A stretch of 64,000 nt of DNA. Source: Eledone cirrhosa (taxonomy: Eukaryota). Of this stretch, positions 28,201 through 41,037 are shown in pieces. Position 1 is the first letter of the stretch; every line of letters starts with the position of its first letter. The position numbers and the translations under genes are program-made. The notes beneath the pieces were generated by a model that saw only the letters and a list, made by a program, of their open reading frames with translations, searched no databases and was not told where the DNA came from. The stretch is taken from assembly GCA_964016885.1 (NCBI GenBank), contig OZ024744.1:132308001-132372000 (forward strand). The letters are read 5' to 3'.

Positions 28201-31200
28201 TTTTTTTTAGGTTTTTCGAATTACCATAAGGTAATTTGAAAAACCTAAAAAAAATTGATCTGATTTCAAACATTGATTTTTTTAGCTTTTTCGACAAAAT
28301 CTTATATAATCAATTTTCTTTAGGTTTTTCGAAAAAGAATGAATTTGAGTTCATAGTCGAAATATATACTTCTGCATTAATCTTTTTACGTTTTTTTGAA
28401 AAAATTAATGCTTTTACAAATCTTTTGAAATATTTACTTTCTAGTTTCAAATTTTGCAGATTAAATTTTTCTCGAAAAACCTAAAAAATCAGTTGTCGAA
28501 ATCAGAAGTTAATATTTCGTAAAACGCAATTTGAAAAACTCATTAATTTTTTTTCGAAAACTTATTATATAATCAATTTTTTTATACTTTTAGAAATATT
28601 TATATCTGATTTCAAATATTGATTTTTTTAGGTTTTTCGAAAACCCTATATAATCAATTTTTTTGTACTTTTAGAAATATCTATATCTGATTTCATGTAT
28701 TGATTTTTTTATATTTTTCGAAAAAGCTTAGATAATCAATTTTTTTAGGTCTTTCGAAAACATTATATAATCAATTTTTTTTTAGGTTTTTCGAAAAAAC
28801 CTTATATAATCAATTTTTTTTAGGTTTTTCAAATATTGATTTTTTTAGCTTTTTCGACAAAATCTTATATAATCAATTTTTTTTAGGTTTTTCGAAAAAG
28901 AATGAATTTGAGTTCATAGTCGAAATATATACTTCTGCATTAATCTTTTTACGTTTTTTTGATTTTTTTAAAAAAACGTAAAAAATTAATGCTTTTACAA
29001 ATCTTTTGAAATATTTACTTTCTAGTTTCAAATTTTGCAGATTAAATTTTTCTCGAAAAACCTAAAAAATCAGTTGTCGAAATCAGAAGTTAATATTTCG
29101 AAAAACGCAATTTGAAAAACTCATATTAATTTTTTTTCGAAAACATTATATAATCAATTTTTTAGAAATATTTATATCTGATTTCAAATATTGATTTTTT
29201 TAGGTTTTTCGAAAACCCTATATAATCAATTTTTTTGTACTTTTAGAAATATCTATATCTGATTTCATGTATTGATTTTTTTATATTTTTCGAAAAAGCT
29301 TAGATAATCAATTTTTTTAGGTCTTTCGAAAACATTATATAATCAATTTTTTTTTAGGTTTTTCGAAAAAATATAATCAATTTTTTTTAGGTTTTTCAAA
29401 TATTGATTTTTTTAGCTTTTTCGACAAAATCTTATATAATCAATTTTTTTTAGGTTTTTCGAAAAAGAATGAATTTGAGTTCATAGTCGAAATATATACT
29501 TCTGCATTAATCTTTTTACGTTTTTTTGATTTTTTTTAAAAAAACGTAAAAAATTAATGCTTTTACAAATCTTTTGAAATATTTACTTTCTAGTTTCAAA
29601 TTTTGCAGATTAAATTTTTCTCGAAAAACCTAAAAAATCAGTTGTCGAAATCAGAAGTTAATATTTCGAAAAACGCAATTTGAAAAACTCATATTAATTT
29701 TTTTTCGAAAACATTATATAATCAATTTTTTAGAAATATTTATATCTGATTTCAAATATTGATTTTTTTAGGTTTTTCGAAAACCCTATATAATCAATTT
29801 TTTTGTACTTTTAGAAATATCTATATCTGATTTCATGTATTGATTTTTTTATATTTTTCGAAAAAGCTTAGATAATCAATTTTTTTAGGTCTTTCGAAAA
29901 CATTATATAATCAATTTTTTTTTAGGTTTTTCGAAAAAACCTTATATAATCAATTTTTTTTAGGTTTTTCAAATATTGATTTTTTTAGCTTTTTCGACAA
30001 AATCTTATATAATCAATTTTTTTTAGGTTTTTCGAAAAAGAATGAATTTGAGTTCATAGTCGAAATATATACTTCTGCATTAATCTTTTTACGTTTTTTT
30101 GATTTTTTTAAAAAAACGTAAAAAATTAATGCTTTTACAAATCTTTTGAAATATTTACTTTCTAGTTTCAAATTTTGCAGATTAAATTTTTCTCGAAAAA
30201 CCTAAAAAATCAGTTGTCGAAATCAGAAGTTAATATTTCGAAAAACGCAATTTGAAAAACTCATATTAATTTTTTTTCGAAAACATTATATAATCAATTT
30301 TTTAGAAATATTTATATCTGATTTCAAATATTGATTTTTTTAGGTTTTTCGAAAACCCTATATAATCAATTTTTTTGTACTTTTAGAAATATCTATATCT
30401 GATTTCATGTATTGATTTTTTTATATTTTTCGAAAAATCTTATATAATCAATTTTTTTACGTTTTTAGAAAAACCTTATATAATCAATTTTTTTTAGGTT
30501 TTTCGAAAAACCTTATATAATCAATTTTTTTATGTTTTTTCGAAAAATCTTATATAATCAATTTTTTTACGTTTTTAGAAATATTTATATCTGATTTCAA
30601 ATATTGATTTTTTTTAGATTTTTCGAAATACCTTATATAATCAATTTTTTTTAGGTTTTTCAAATTACCTTATATAATCAATTTTTTTTATCAGATTTCA
30701 AATATTGATTTTTTTTAGCTTTTTCGACAAAATCTTATATAATCAATTTTTTTTAGGTTTTTCGAAAAAGAATGAATTTGAGTTCATAGTCGAAATATAT
30801 ACTTCTGCATTAATCTTTTTACGTTTTTTTGATTTTTTTTAAAAAAACGTAAAAAATTAATGCTTTTACAAATCTTTTGAAATATTTACTTTCTAGTTTC
30901 AAATTTTGCAGATTAAATTTTTCTCGAAAAACCTAAAAAATCAGTTGTCGAAAGTTAATATTTCGAAAAACGCAATTTGAAAAACTCATATTAATTTTTT
31001 TTCGAAAACATTATATAATCAATTTTTTAGAAATATTTATATCTGATTTCAAATATTGATTTTTTTAGGTTTTTCGAAAACCCTATATAATCAATTTTTT
31101 TGTACTTTTAGAAATATCTATATCTGATTTCATGTATTGATTTTTTTATATTTTTCGAAAAAGCTTAGATAATCAATTTTTTTAGGTCTTTCGAAAACAT

Positions 31201-34200
31201 TATATAATCAATTTTTTTTTAGGTTTTTCGAAAAAATATAATCAATTTTTTTTAGGTTTTTCAAATATTGATTTTTTTAGCTTTTTCGACAAAATCTTAT
31301 ATAATCAATTTTTTTTAGGTTTTTCGAAAAAGAATGAATTTGAGTTCATAGTCGAAATATATACTTCTGCATTAATCTTTTTACGTTTTTTTGATTTTTT
31401 TTAAAAAAACGTAAAAAATTAATGCTTTTACAAATCTTTTGAAATATTTACTTTCTAGTTTCAAATTTTGCAGATTAAATTTTTCTCGAAAAACCTAAAA
31501 AATCAGTTGTCGAAATCAGAAGTTAATATTTCGAAAAACGCAATTTGAAAAACTCATATTAATTTTTTTTCGAAAACATTATATAATCAATTTTTTAGAA
31601 ATATTTATATCTGATTTCAAATATTAATCAATATTTTTAGGTTTTTCGAAAACCCTATATAATCAATTTTTTTGTACTTTTAGAAATATCTATATCTGAT
31701 TTCATGTATTGATTTTTCTATATTTTTCGAAAAAGCTTAGATAATCAATTTTTTTAGATCTTTCGAAAACCTTATATAATCAATTTTTTTTGTTTTTTTG
31801 AAAAATCTTATATAATCAATTTTTTTACGTTTTTAGAAATATTTATATCTGATTTCAAATATTGATTTTTTTTAGGTTTTTCGAATTACCTTATATAATC
31901 AATTTTTTTTAGGTTTTTCAAATTACCATAAGGTAATTTGAAAAACCTAAAAAAAATTGATCTGATTTCAAACATTGATTTTTTTAGCTTTTTCGACAAA
32001 ATCTTATATAATCAATTTTCTTTAGGTTTTTCGAAAAAGAATGAATTTGAGTTCATAGTCGAAATATATACTTCTGCATTAATCTTTTTACGTTTTTTTG
32101 AAAAAATTAATGCTTTTACAAATCTTTTGAAATATTTACTTTCTAGTTTCAAATTTTGCAGATTAAATTTTTCTCGAAAAACCTAAAAAATCAGTTGTCG
32201 AAATCAGAAGTTAATATTTCGTAAAACGCAATTTGAAAAACTCATTAATTTTTTTTCGAAAACTTATTATATAATCAATTTTTTTATACTTTTAGAAATA
32301 TTTATATCTGATTTCAAATATTGATTTTTTTAGGTTTTTCGAAAACCCTATATAATCAATTTTTTTGTACTTTTAGAAATATCTATATCTGATTTCATGT
32401 ATTGATTTTTTTATATTTTTCGAAAAAGCTTAGATAATCAATTTTTTTAGGTCTTTCGAAAACATTATATAATCAATTTTTTTTTAGGTTTTTCGAAAAA
32501 ACCTTATATAATCAATGTTTTTTAGGTTTTTCAAATTACCTTATATAATCAATTTTTTTTATCAGATTTCAAATATTGATTTTTTTTAGCTTTTTCGACA
32601 AAATCTTATATAATCAATTTTTTTTAGGTTTTTCGAAAAAGAATGAATTTGAGTTCATAGTCGAAATATATACTTCTGCATTAATCTTTTTACGTTTTTT
32701 TGATTTTTTTTAAAAAAACGTAAAAAATTAATGCTTTTACAAATCTTTTGAAATATTTACTTTCTAGTTTCAAATTTTGCAGATTAAATTTTTCTCGAAA
32801 AACCTAAAAAATCAGTTGTCGAAATCAGAAGTTAATATTTCGAAAAACGCAATTTGAAAAACTCATATTAATTTTTTTTCGAAAACATTATATAATCAAT
32901 TTTTTAGAAATATTTATATCTGATTTCAAATATTGATTTTTTTAGGTTTTTCGAAAACCCTATATAATCAATTTATTTGTACTTTTAGAAATATCTATAT
33001 CTGATTTCATGTATTGATTTTTTTATATTTTTCGAAAAAGCTTAGATAATCAATTTTTTTAGGTCTTTCGAAAACATTATATAATCAATTTTTTTTTAGG
33101 TTTTTCGAAAAAACCTTATATAATCAATTCTTTTTAGGTTTTTTCGAAAAATCTTATATAATCAATTTTTTTACGTTTTTAGAAAAACCTTATATAATCA
33201 ATTTTTTTTAGATTTTTCAAAAAACCTTATATAATCAATTTTTTTTGTTTTTTTGAAAAATCTTATATAATCAATTTTTTTACGTTTTTAGAAATATTTA
33301 TATCTGATTTCAAATATTGATTTTTTTTAGGTTTTTCGAATTACCTTATATAATCAATTTTTTTTAGGTTTTTCAAATCACCATAAGGTAATTTGAAAAA
33401 CCTAAAAAAAATTGATCTGATTTCAAACATTGATTTTTTTAGCTTTTTCGACAAAATCTTATATAATCAATTTTCTTTAGGTTTTTCGAAAAAGAATGAA
33501 TTTGAGTTCATAGTCGAAATATATACTTCTGCATTAATCTTTTTACGTTTTTTTGAAAAAATTAATGCTTTTACAAATCTTTTGAAATATTTACTTTCTA
33601 GTTTCAAATTTTGCAGATTAAATTTTTCTCGAAAAACCTAAAAAATCAGTTGTCGAAATCAGAAGTTAATATTTCGTAAAACGCAATTTGAAAAACTCAT
33701 TAATTTTTTTTCGAAAACTTATTATATAATCAATTTTTTTATACTTTTAGAAATATTTATATCTGATTTCAAATATTGATTTTTTTAGGTTTTTCGAAAA
33801 CCCTATATAATCAATTTTTTTGTACTTTTAGAAATATCTATATCTGATTTCATGTATTGATTTTTTTATATTTTTCGAAAAAGCTTAGATAATCAATTTT
33901 TTTAGGTCTTTCGAAAACATTATATAATCAATTTTTTTTTAGGTTTTTCGAAAAAACCTTATATAATCAATTTTTTTTAGGTTTTTCAAATATTGATTTT
34001 TTTAGCTTTTTCGACAAAATCTTATATAATCAATTTTTTTTAGGTTTTTCGAAAAAGAATGAATTTGAGTTCATAGTCGAAATATATACTTCTGCATTAA
34101 TCTTTTTACGTTTTTTTGATTTTTTTAAAAAAACGTAAAAAATTAATGCTTTTACAAATCTTTTGAAATATTTACTTTCTAGTTTCAAATTTTGCAGATT

Positions 34201-37200
34201 AAATTTTTCTCGAAAAACCTAAAAAATCAGTTGTCGAAATCAGAAGTTAATATTTCGAAAAACGCATTTTGAAAAACTCATTAATTTTTTTTCGAAAACA
34301 TTATATAATCAATTTTTTAGAAATATTTATATCTGATTTCAAATATTGATTTTTTTAGGTTTTTCGAAAACCCTATATAATCAATTTTTTTGTACTTTTA
34401 GAAATATCTATATCTGATTTCATGTATTGATTTTTTTATATTTTTCGAAAAATCTTATATAATCAATTTTTTTACGTTTTTAGAAAAACCTTATATAATC
34501 AATTTTTTTTAGGTTTTTCGAAAAACCTTATATAATCAATTTTTTTATGTTTTTTCGAGAAATCTTATATAATCAATTTTTTTACGTTTTTAGAAATATT
34601 TATATCTGATTTCAAATATTGATTTTTTTTAGATTTTTCGAAATACCTTATATAATCAATGTTTTTTAGGTTTTTCAAATTACCTTATATAATCAATTTT
34701 TTTTATCAGATTTCAAATATTGATTTTTTTTAGCTTTTTCGACAAAATCTTATATAATCAATTTTTTTTAGGTTTTTCGAAAAAGAATGAATTTGAGTTC
34801 ATAGTCGAAATATATACTTCTGCATTAATCTTTTTACGTTTTTTTGATTTTTTTTAAAAAAACGTAAAAAATTAATGCTTTTACAAATCTTTTGAAATAT
34901 TTACTTTCTAGTTTCAAATTTTGCAGATTAAATTTTTCTCGAAAAACCTAAAAAATCAGTTGTCGAAATCAGAAGTTAATATTTCGAAAAACGCAATTTG
35001 AAAAACTCATATTAATTTTTTTTCGAAAACATTATATAATCAATTTTTTAGAAATATTTATATCTGATTTCAAATATTAATCAATATTTTTAGGTTTTTC
35101 GAAAACCCTATATAATCAATTTTTTTGTACTTTTAGAAATATCTATATCTGATTTCATGTATTGATTTTTTTATATTTTTCGAAAAAGCTTAGATAATCA
35201 ATTTTTTTAGATCTTTCGAAAACATTATATAATCAATTTTTTTTTAGGTTTTTCGAAAAAACCTTATATAATCAATTCTTTTTAGGTTTTTTCGAAAAAT
35301 CTTATATAATCAATTTTTTTACGTTTTTAGAAAAACCTTATATAATCAATTTTTTTTAGATTTTTCAAAAAACCTTATATAATCAATTTTTTTTGTTTTT
35401 TTGAAAAATCTTATATAATCAATTTTTTTACGTTTTTAGAAATATTTATATCTGATTTTTTTTATATTGATTTTTTTTAGGTTTTTCGAATTACCTTATA
35501 TAATCAATTTTTTTTAGGTTTTTCAAATTACCATAAGGTAATTTGAAAAACCTAAAAAAAATTGATCTGATTTCAAACATTGATTTTTTTAGCTTTTTCG
35601 ACAAAATCTTATATAATCAATTTTCTTTAGGTTTTTCGAAAAAGAATGAATTTGAGTTCATAGTCGAAATATATACTTCTGCATTAATCTTTTTACGTTT
35701 TTTTGAAAAAATTAATGCTTTTACAAATCTTTTGAAATATTTACTTTCTAGTTTCAAATTTTGCAGATTAAATTTTTCTCGAAAAACCTAAAAAATCAGT
35801 TGTCGAAATCAGAAGTTAATATTTCGTAAAACGCAATTTGAAAAACTCATTAATTTTTTTTCGAAAACTTATTATATAATCAATTTTTTTATACTTTTAG
35901 AAATATTTATATCTGATTTCAAATATTGATTTTTTTAGGTTTTTCGAAAACCCTATATAATCAATTTTTTTGTACTTTTAGAAATATCTATATCTGATTT
36001 CATGTATTGATTTTTTTATATTTTTCGAAAAAGCTTAGATAATCAATTTTTTTAGGTCTTTCGAAAACATTATATAATCAATTTTTTTTTAGGTTTTTCG
36101 AAAAAACCTTATATAATCAATGTTTTTTAGGTTTTTCAAATTACCTTATATAATCAATTTTTTTTATCAGATTTCAAATATTGATTTTTTTTAGCTTTTT
36201 CGACAAAATCTTATATAATCAATTTTTTTTAGGTTTTTCGAAAAAGAATGAATTTGAGTTCATAGTCGAAATATATACTTCTGCATTAATCTTTTTACGT
36301 TTTTTTGATTTTTTTTAAAAAAACGTAAAAAATTAATGCTTTTACAAATCTTTTGAAATATTTACTTTCTAGTTTCAAATTTTGCAGATTAAATTTTTCT
36401 CGAAAAACCTAAAAAATCAGTTGTCGAAATCAGAAGTTAATATTTCGAAAAACGCAATTTGAAAAACTCATATTAATTTTTTTTCGAAAACATTATATAA
36501 TCAATTTTTTAGAAATATTTATATCTGATTTCAAATATTGATTTTTTTAGGTTTTTCGAAAACCCTATATAATCAATTTTTTTGTACTTTTAGAAATATC
36601 TATATCTGATTTCATGTATTGATTTTTTTATATTTTTCGAAAAATTTTATATAATCAATTTTTTTACGTTTTTAGAAAAACCTTATATAATCAATTTTTT
36701 TTAGGTTTTTCGAAAAACCTTATATAATCAATTTTTTTATGTTTTTTCGAAAAATCTTATATAATCAATTTTTTTACGTTTTTAGAAATATTTATATCTG
36801 ATTTCAAATATTGATTTTTTTTAGATTTTTCGAAATACCTTATATAATCAATGTTTTTTAGGTTTTTCAAATTACCTTATATAATCAATTTTTTTTATCA
36901 GATTTCAAATATTGATTTTTTTTAGCTTTTTCGACAAAATCTTATATAATCAATTTTTTTTAGGTTTTTCGAAAAAGAATGAATTTGAGTTCATAGTCGA
37001 AATATATACTTCTGCATTAATCTTTTTACGTTTTTTTGATTTTTTTTAAAAAAACGTAAAAAATTAATGCTTTTACAAATCTTTTGAAATATTTACTTTC
37101 TAGTTTCAAATTTTGCAGATTAAATTTTTCTCGAAAAACCTAAAAAATCAGTTGTCGAAATCAGAAGTTAATATTTCGAAAAACGCAATTTGAAAAACTC

Positions 37201-39247
37201 ATATTAATTTTTTTTCGAAAACATTATATAATCAATTTTTTAGAAATATTTATATCTGATTTCAAATATTGATTTTTTTAGGTTTTTCGAAAACCCTATA
37301 TAATCAATTTTTTTGTACTTTTAGAAATATCTATATCTGATTTCATGTATTGATTTTTTTATATTTTTCGAAAAAGCTTAGATAATCAATTTTTTTAGGT
37401 CTTTCGAAAACATTATATAATCAATTTTTTTACGTTTTTAGAAAAACCTTATATAATCAATTTTTTTTAGGTTTTTCGAAAAACCTTATATAATCAATTT
37501 TTTTATGTTTTTTCGAAAAATCTTATATAATCAATTTTTTTACGTTTTTAGAAATATTTATATCTGATTTCAAATATTGATTTTTTTTAGATTTTTCGAA
37601 ATACCTTATATAATCAATTTTTTTTAGGTTTTTCAAATCACCTTATATAATCAATTTTTTTTATCTGATTTCAAATATTGATTTTTTTAGCTTTTTCGAC
37701 AAAATCTTATATAATCAATTTTTTTTAGGTTTTTCGAAAAAGAATGAATTTGAGTTCATAGTCGAAATATATACTTCTGCATTAATCTTTTTACGTTTTT
37801 TTGATTTTTTTTAAAAAAACGTAAAAAATTAATGCTTTTACAAATCTCTTGAAATATTCACTTTCTAGTTTCAAATTTTGCAGATTAAATTTTTCTCGAA
37901 AAACCTAAAAAATCAGTTGTCGAAATCAGAAGTTAATATTTCGTAAAACGCAATTTGAAAAACTCATATTAATTTTTTTTCGAAAACTTATTATATAATC
38001 AATTTTTTTATACTTTTAGAAATATTTATATCTGATTTCAAATATTGATTTTTTTAGGTTTTTCGAAAACCCTATATAATCAATTTTTTTGTACTTTTAG
38101 AAATATCTATATCTGATTTCATGTATTGATTTTTTTATATTTTTCGAAAAAGCTTAGATAATCAATTTTTTTAGGTCTTTCGAAAACATTATATAATCAA
38201 TTTTTTTTTATATAATCAATTATATAATCAATTCTTTTTAGGTTTTTTCGAAAAATCTTATATAATCAATTTTTTTACGTTTTTAGAAAAACCTTATATA
38301 ATCAATTTTTTTTAGATTTTTCAAAAAACCTTATATAATCAATTTTTTTTAGGTTTTTCGAAAAACCTTATATAATCAATTTTTTTTGTTTTTTTGAAAA
38401 ATCTTATATAATCAATTTTTTTACGTTTTTAGAAATATTTATATCTGATTTCAAATATTGATTTTTTTTAGGTTTTTCGAATTACCTTATATAATCAATT
38501 TTTTTTAGGTTTTTCAAATTACCATAAGGTAATTTGAAAAACCTAAAAAAAATTGATCTGATTTCAAACATTGATTTTTTTAGCTTTTTCGACAAAATCT
38601 TATATAATCAATTTTCTTTAGGTTTTTCGAAAAAGAATGAATTTGAGTTCATAGTCGAAATATATACTTCTGCATTAATCTTTTTACGTTTTTTTGAAAA
38701 AATTAATGCTTTTACAAATCTTTTGAAATATTTACTTTCTAGTTTCAAATTTTGCAGATTAAATTTTTCTCGAAAAACCTAAAAAATCAGTTGTCGAAAT
38801 CAGAAGTTAATATTTCGTAAAACGCAATTTTAAAAACTCATATTAATTTTTTTTCGAAAACTTATTATATAATCAATTTTTTTATACTTTTAGAAATATT
38901 TATATCTGATTTCAAATATTGATTTTTTTAGGTTTTTCGAAAACCCTATATAATCAATTTTTTTGTACTTTTAGAAATATCTATATCTGATTTCATGTAT
39001 TGATTTTTTTATATTTTTCGAAAAAGCTTAGATAATCAATTTTTTTAGGTCTTTCGAAAACCTTATATAATCAATTTTTTTTTAGGTTTTTCGAAAAAAC
39101 CTTATATAATCAATTTTTTTTAGGTTTTTTCGAAAAATCTTACATAATCAATTTTTTTACGTTTTTAGAAATATTTATATCTGATTTCAAATATTGATTT
39201 TTTTTAGATTTTTCGAAATACCTTATTTTTAGGTTTTTCAAATTACC

Positions 39248-39438
39248 CCGACTTAACCCCGACTTAACTTAACCCCAACTTAACTTAACCCCAACTTAAC
39301 TTAACCCCAACTTAACTTAACCCCAACTTGACTTAACCCCAACATAACTCACACCCAACTTAACTTACCCCCAACTTAACTTAACCCCAACTTGACTTAA
39401 CCCCAACTTAACTTAACCCCAACTTAACTTAACGCCAA
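39248..39438 (-). repeat. Inverted (C-rich) 16-mer segment 1, truncated on the left at the junction with the AT satellite
   Basis: CCCCAACTTAACTTAA units start directly after satellite CAAATTACC and end at AACGCCAA|AGTCGGAG. Confidence 0.92.
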
Positions 39439-39827
39439 AGTCGGAGTTAAGTTAAGTTGGGGTTAAGCTAAGTTGGGGGTAAGTTAAGTTGGGGGTAAGT
39501 TAAATTGGGGTTAAGTTAAGTTGGGGTTAAGTTAGGGTTAAGTTAAGTTGGGTATAAGTTAAGTTGGGGTTGAGTGAAGTTGGGGTTAAGTTAAGTTGGG
39601 GTTAAGTTAAGTTAGGGTTAATTTAAGTTGGGGTTAAGTTAAGTTGGGGTTAACTTAAGTTGGGGTTAAGTTAAGTTGGGGTTAATTTAGGTTGGGGTTA
39701 AGTTAAGTTGGGGTTAAGATAAGTTGGGGTTAAGTTAAATTGAGATTAAGTTAACTTGGGTTTGAGTTAAGTTGGGGATAAGTTAAGTGGTGGTTATGTT
39801 AAGTTGGGGTTAAGTTAAGTTGGGGTT

Positions 39828-40172
39828 AACCCCAACTTAACTTAACCCCAACTTAACTTAACCCCAACTTCACTCAACCCCAACTTAAATTAACCCCAAC
39901 TTCACTCAACCCCAACTTAACTCAACCCCAACTTAAATTAACCCCAACTTAACTTAACCCTGACTTAACTTAACCCCGACTTAACTTCACCCCGACTTAA
40001 CTTAACCCCAACTTAACTTAAACCCCAACTTAACTTAACCCCAACTTAACTTAACCCCAACTTGACTTAACCCCAACTTAACTCACACCCAACTTAACTT
40101 ACCCCCAACTTAACTTAACCACAACTTGACGTAAACCCAACTTAACTTAACCCCAACTTAACTTAACCCCAA
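39828..40172 (-). repeat. Inverted 16-mer segment 2
   Basis: Begins at the centre of the palindrome GGGGTT|AACCCC and ends at CCCCAA|AGTCGGAG. Confidence 0.92.
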
Positions 40173-40767
40173 AGTCGGAGTTCAGTTAAGTTGGGGTTCA
40201 GTTAAGTTAGGCTTAACTTAAGTTGGGGTTAAGTTAAGTTGGGGGTAAGTTAAGTTGGGGGTAAGTTAAGTTGGGGTTAAGTTAAGTTGGGGTTAAGTTG
40301 GGGTTAAGTTAAGTTAGGGTTAAGTTAAGTTAGGCTTAACTTAAGTTGGGGTTGAGTTAAGTTGGGGTTAAATTAAGTGGGGTTAACTTAAGTTGGGTGT
40401 AAGTTAAGTTGGGGTTGAGTGAAGTTGGGGTTAAGTTAAGTTGGGGTTAAGTTAAGTTAGGGTTAATTTAAGTTGGGGTTATGTTAAGTTGGTGTTAAGT
40501 TAAGTTGGGGTTAAGTCGAGTTGGGGTTAAGTTAAGTTGGGGTTAAGTTAAATTGGTGTTAAGTTAAGTTGGGGTTAAGTTAAGTTGGGGTTAGTTAAGT
40601 TGAGTTTAAGTTAAGTTGGGGTTAATTTAAGTTGAGGTTAAGTTAAGTTGGGGTTGAGTTAAGTTGTGGTTAAGTTAAGTTGGGGTTAGGTTAAGTTGGG
40701 GTTAAGTTAAGCTGGGGTTAAATTAAGTTGGGGTTAAGTTAAGTTGGGGTTAGGTTAAGTTGGGGTT

Positions 40768-41037
40768 AACCCCAACTTCACTCAACCCCAACTTAACTTA
40801 ACCCCAACTTCACTCAACCCCAACTTAACTCAACCCCAACTTAACTTAACCCCAACTTAACTTAACCCTAACTTAACTTAACCCCGACTTAAACTTAACC
40901 CCGACTTAACTTAACCCCAACTTAACTTAACCCCAACTTAATTTAACCCCAACTTAACTTAATCCCAACTTGACTTAACCCCAACTTAACTCACACCCAA
41001 CTTAACTTACCCCCAACTTAACTTAACTTAACCCCAA
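40768..41037 (-). repeat. Inverted 16-mer segment 3
   Basis: Same two junction types as segment 2. Confidence 0.92.

Larger units (their letters stand above)
1..39247. repeat. AT-rich composite satellite array, ~54 head-to-tail monomers (mode ~730 bp; length classes ~562-573, ~602, ~707-765, ~820-1036 bp)
   Basis: The marker GAATGAATTTGAGTTCATAGTCG occurs once per monomer, at 364, 1095, 2131, 2862, 3430, 4159, 4889, 5823 ... 37742, 38635 (54 counted). All copies share one orientation and are near-identical. The array runs off the left edge of the window. Confidence 0.97.

Noticed and set aside
1-39247. CRISPR-like appearance of 36-37-bp partly palindromic repeats
   Set aside because: The subunits abut directly or are separated by sequence that itself repeats in every monomer. 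There are no unique spacers, no leader and no cas genes.
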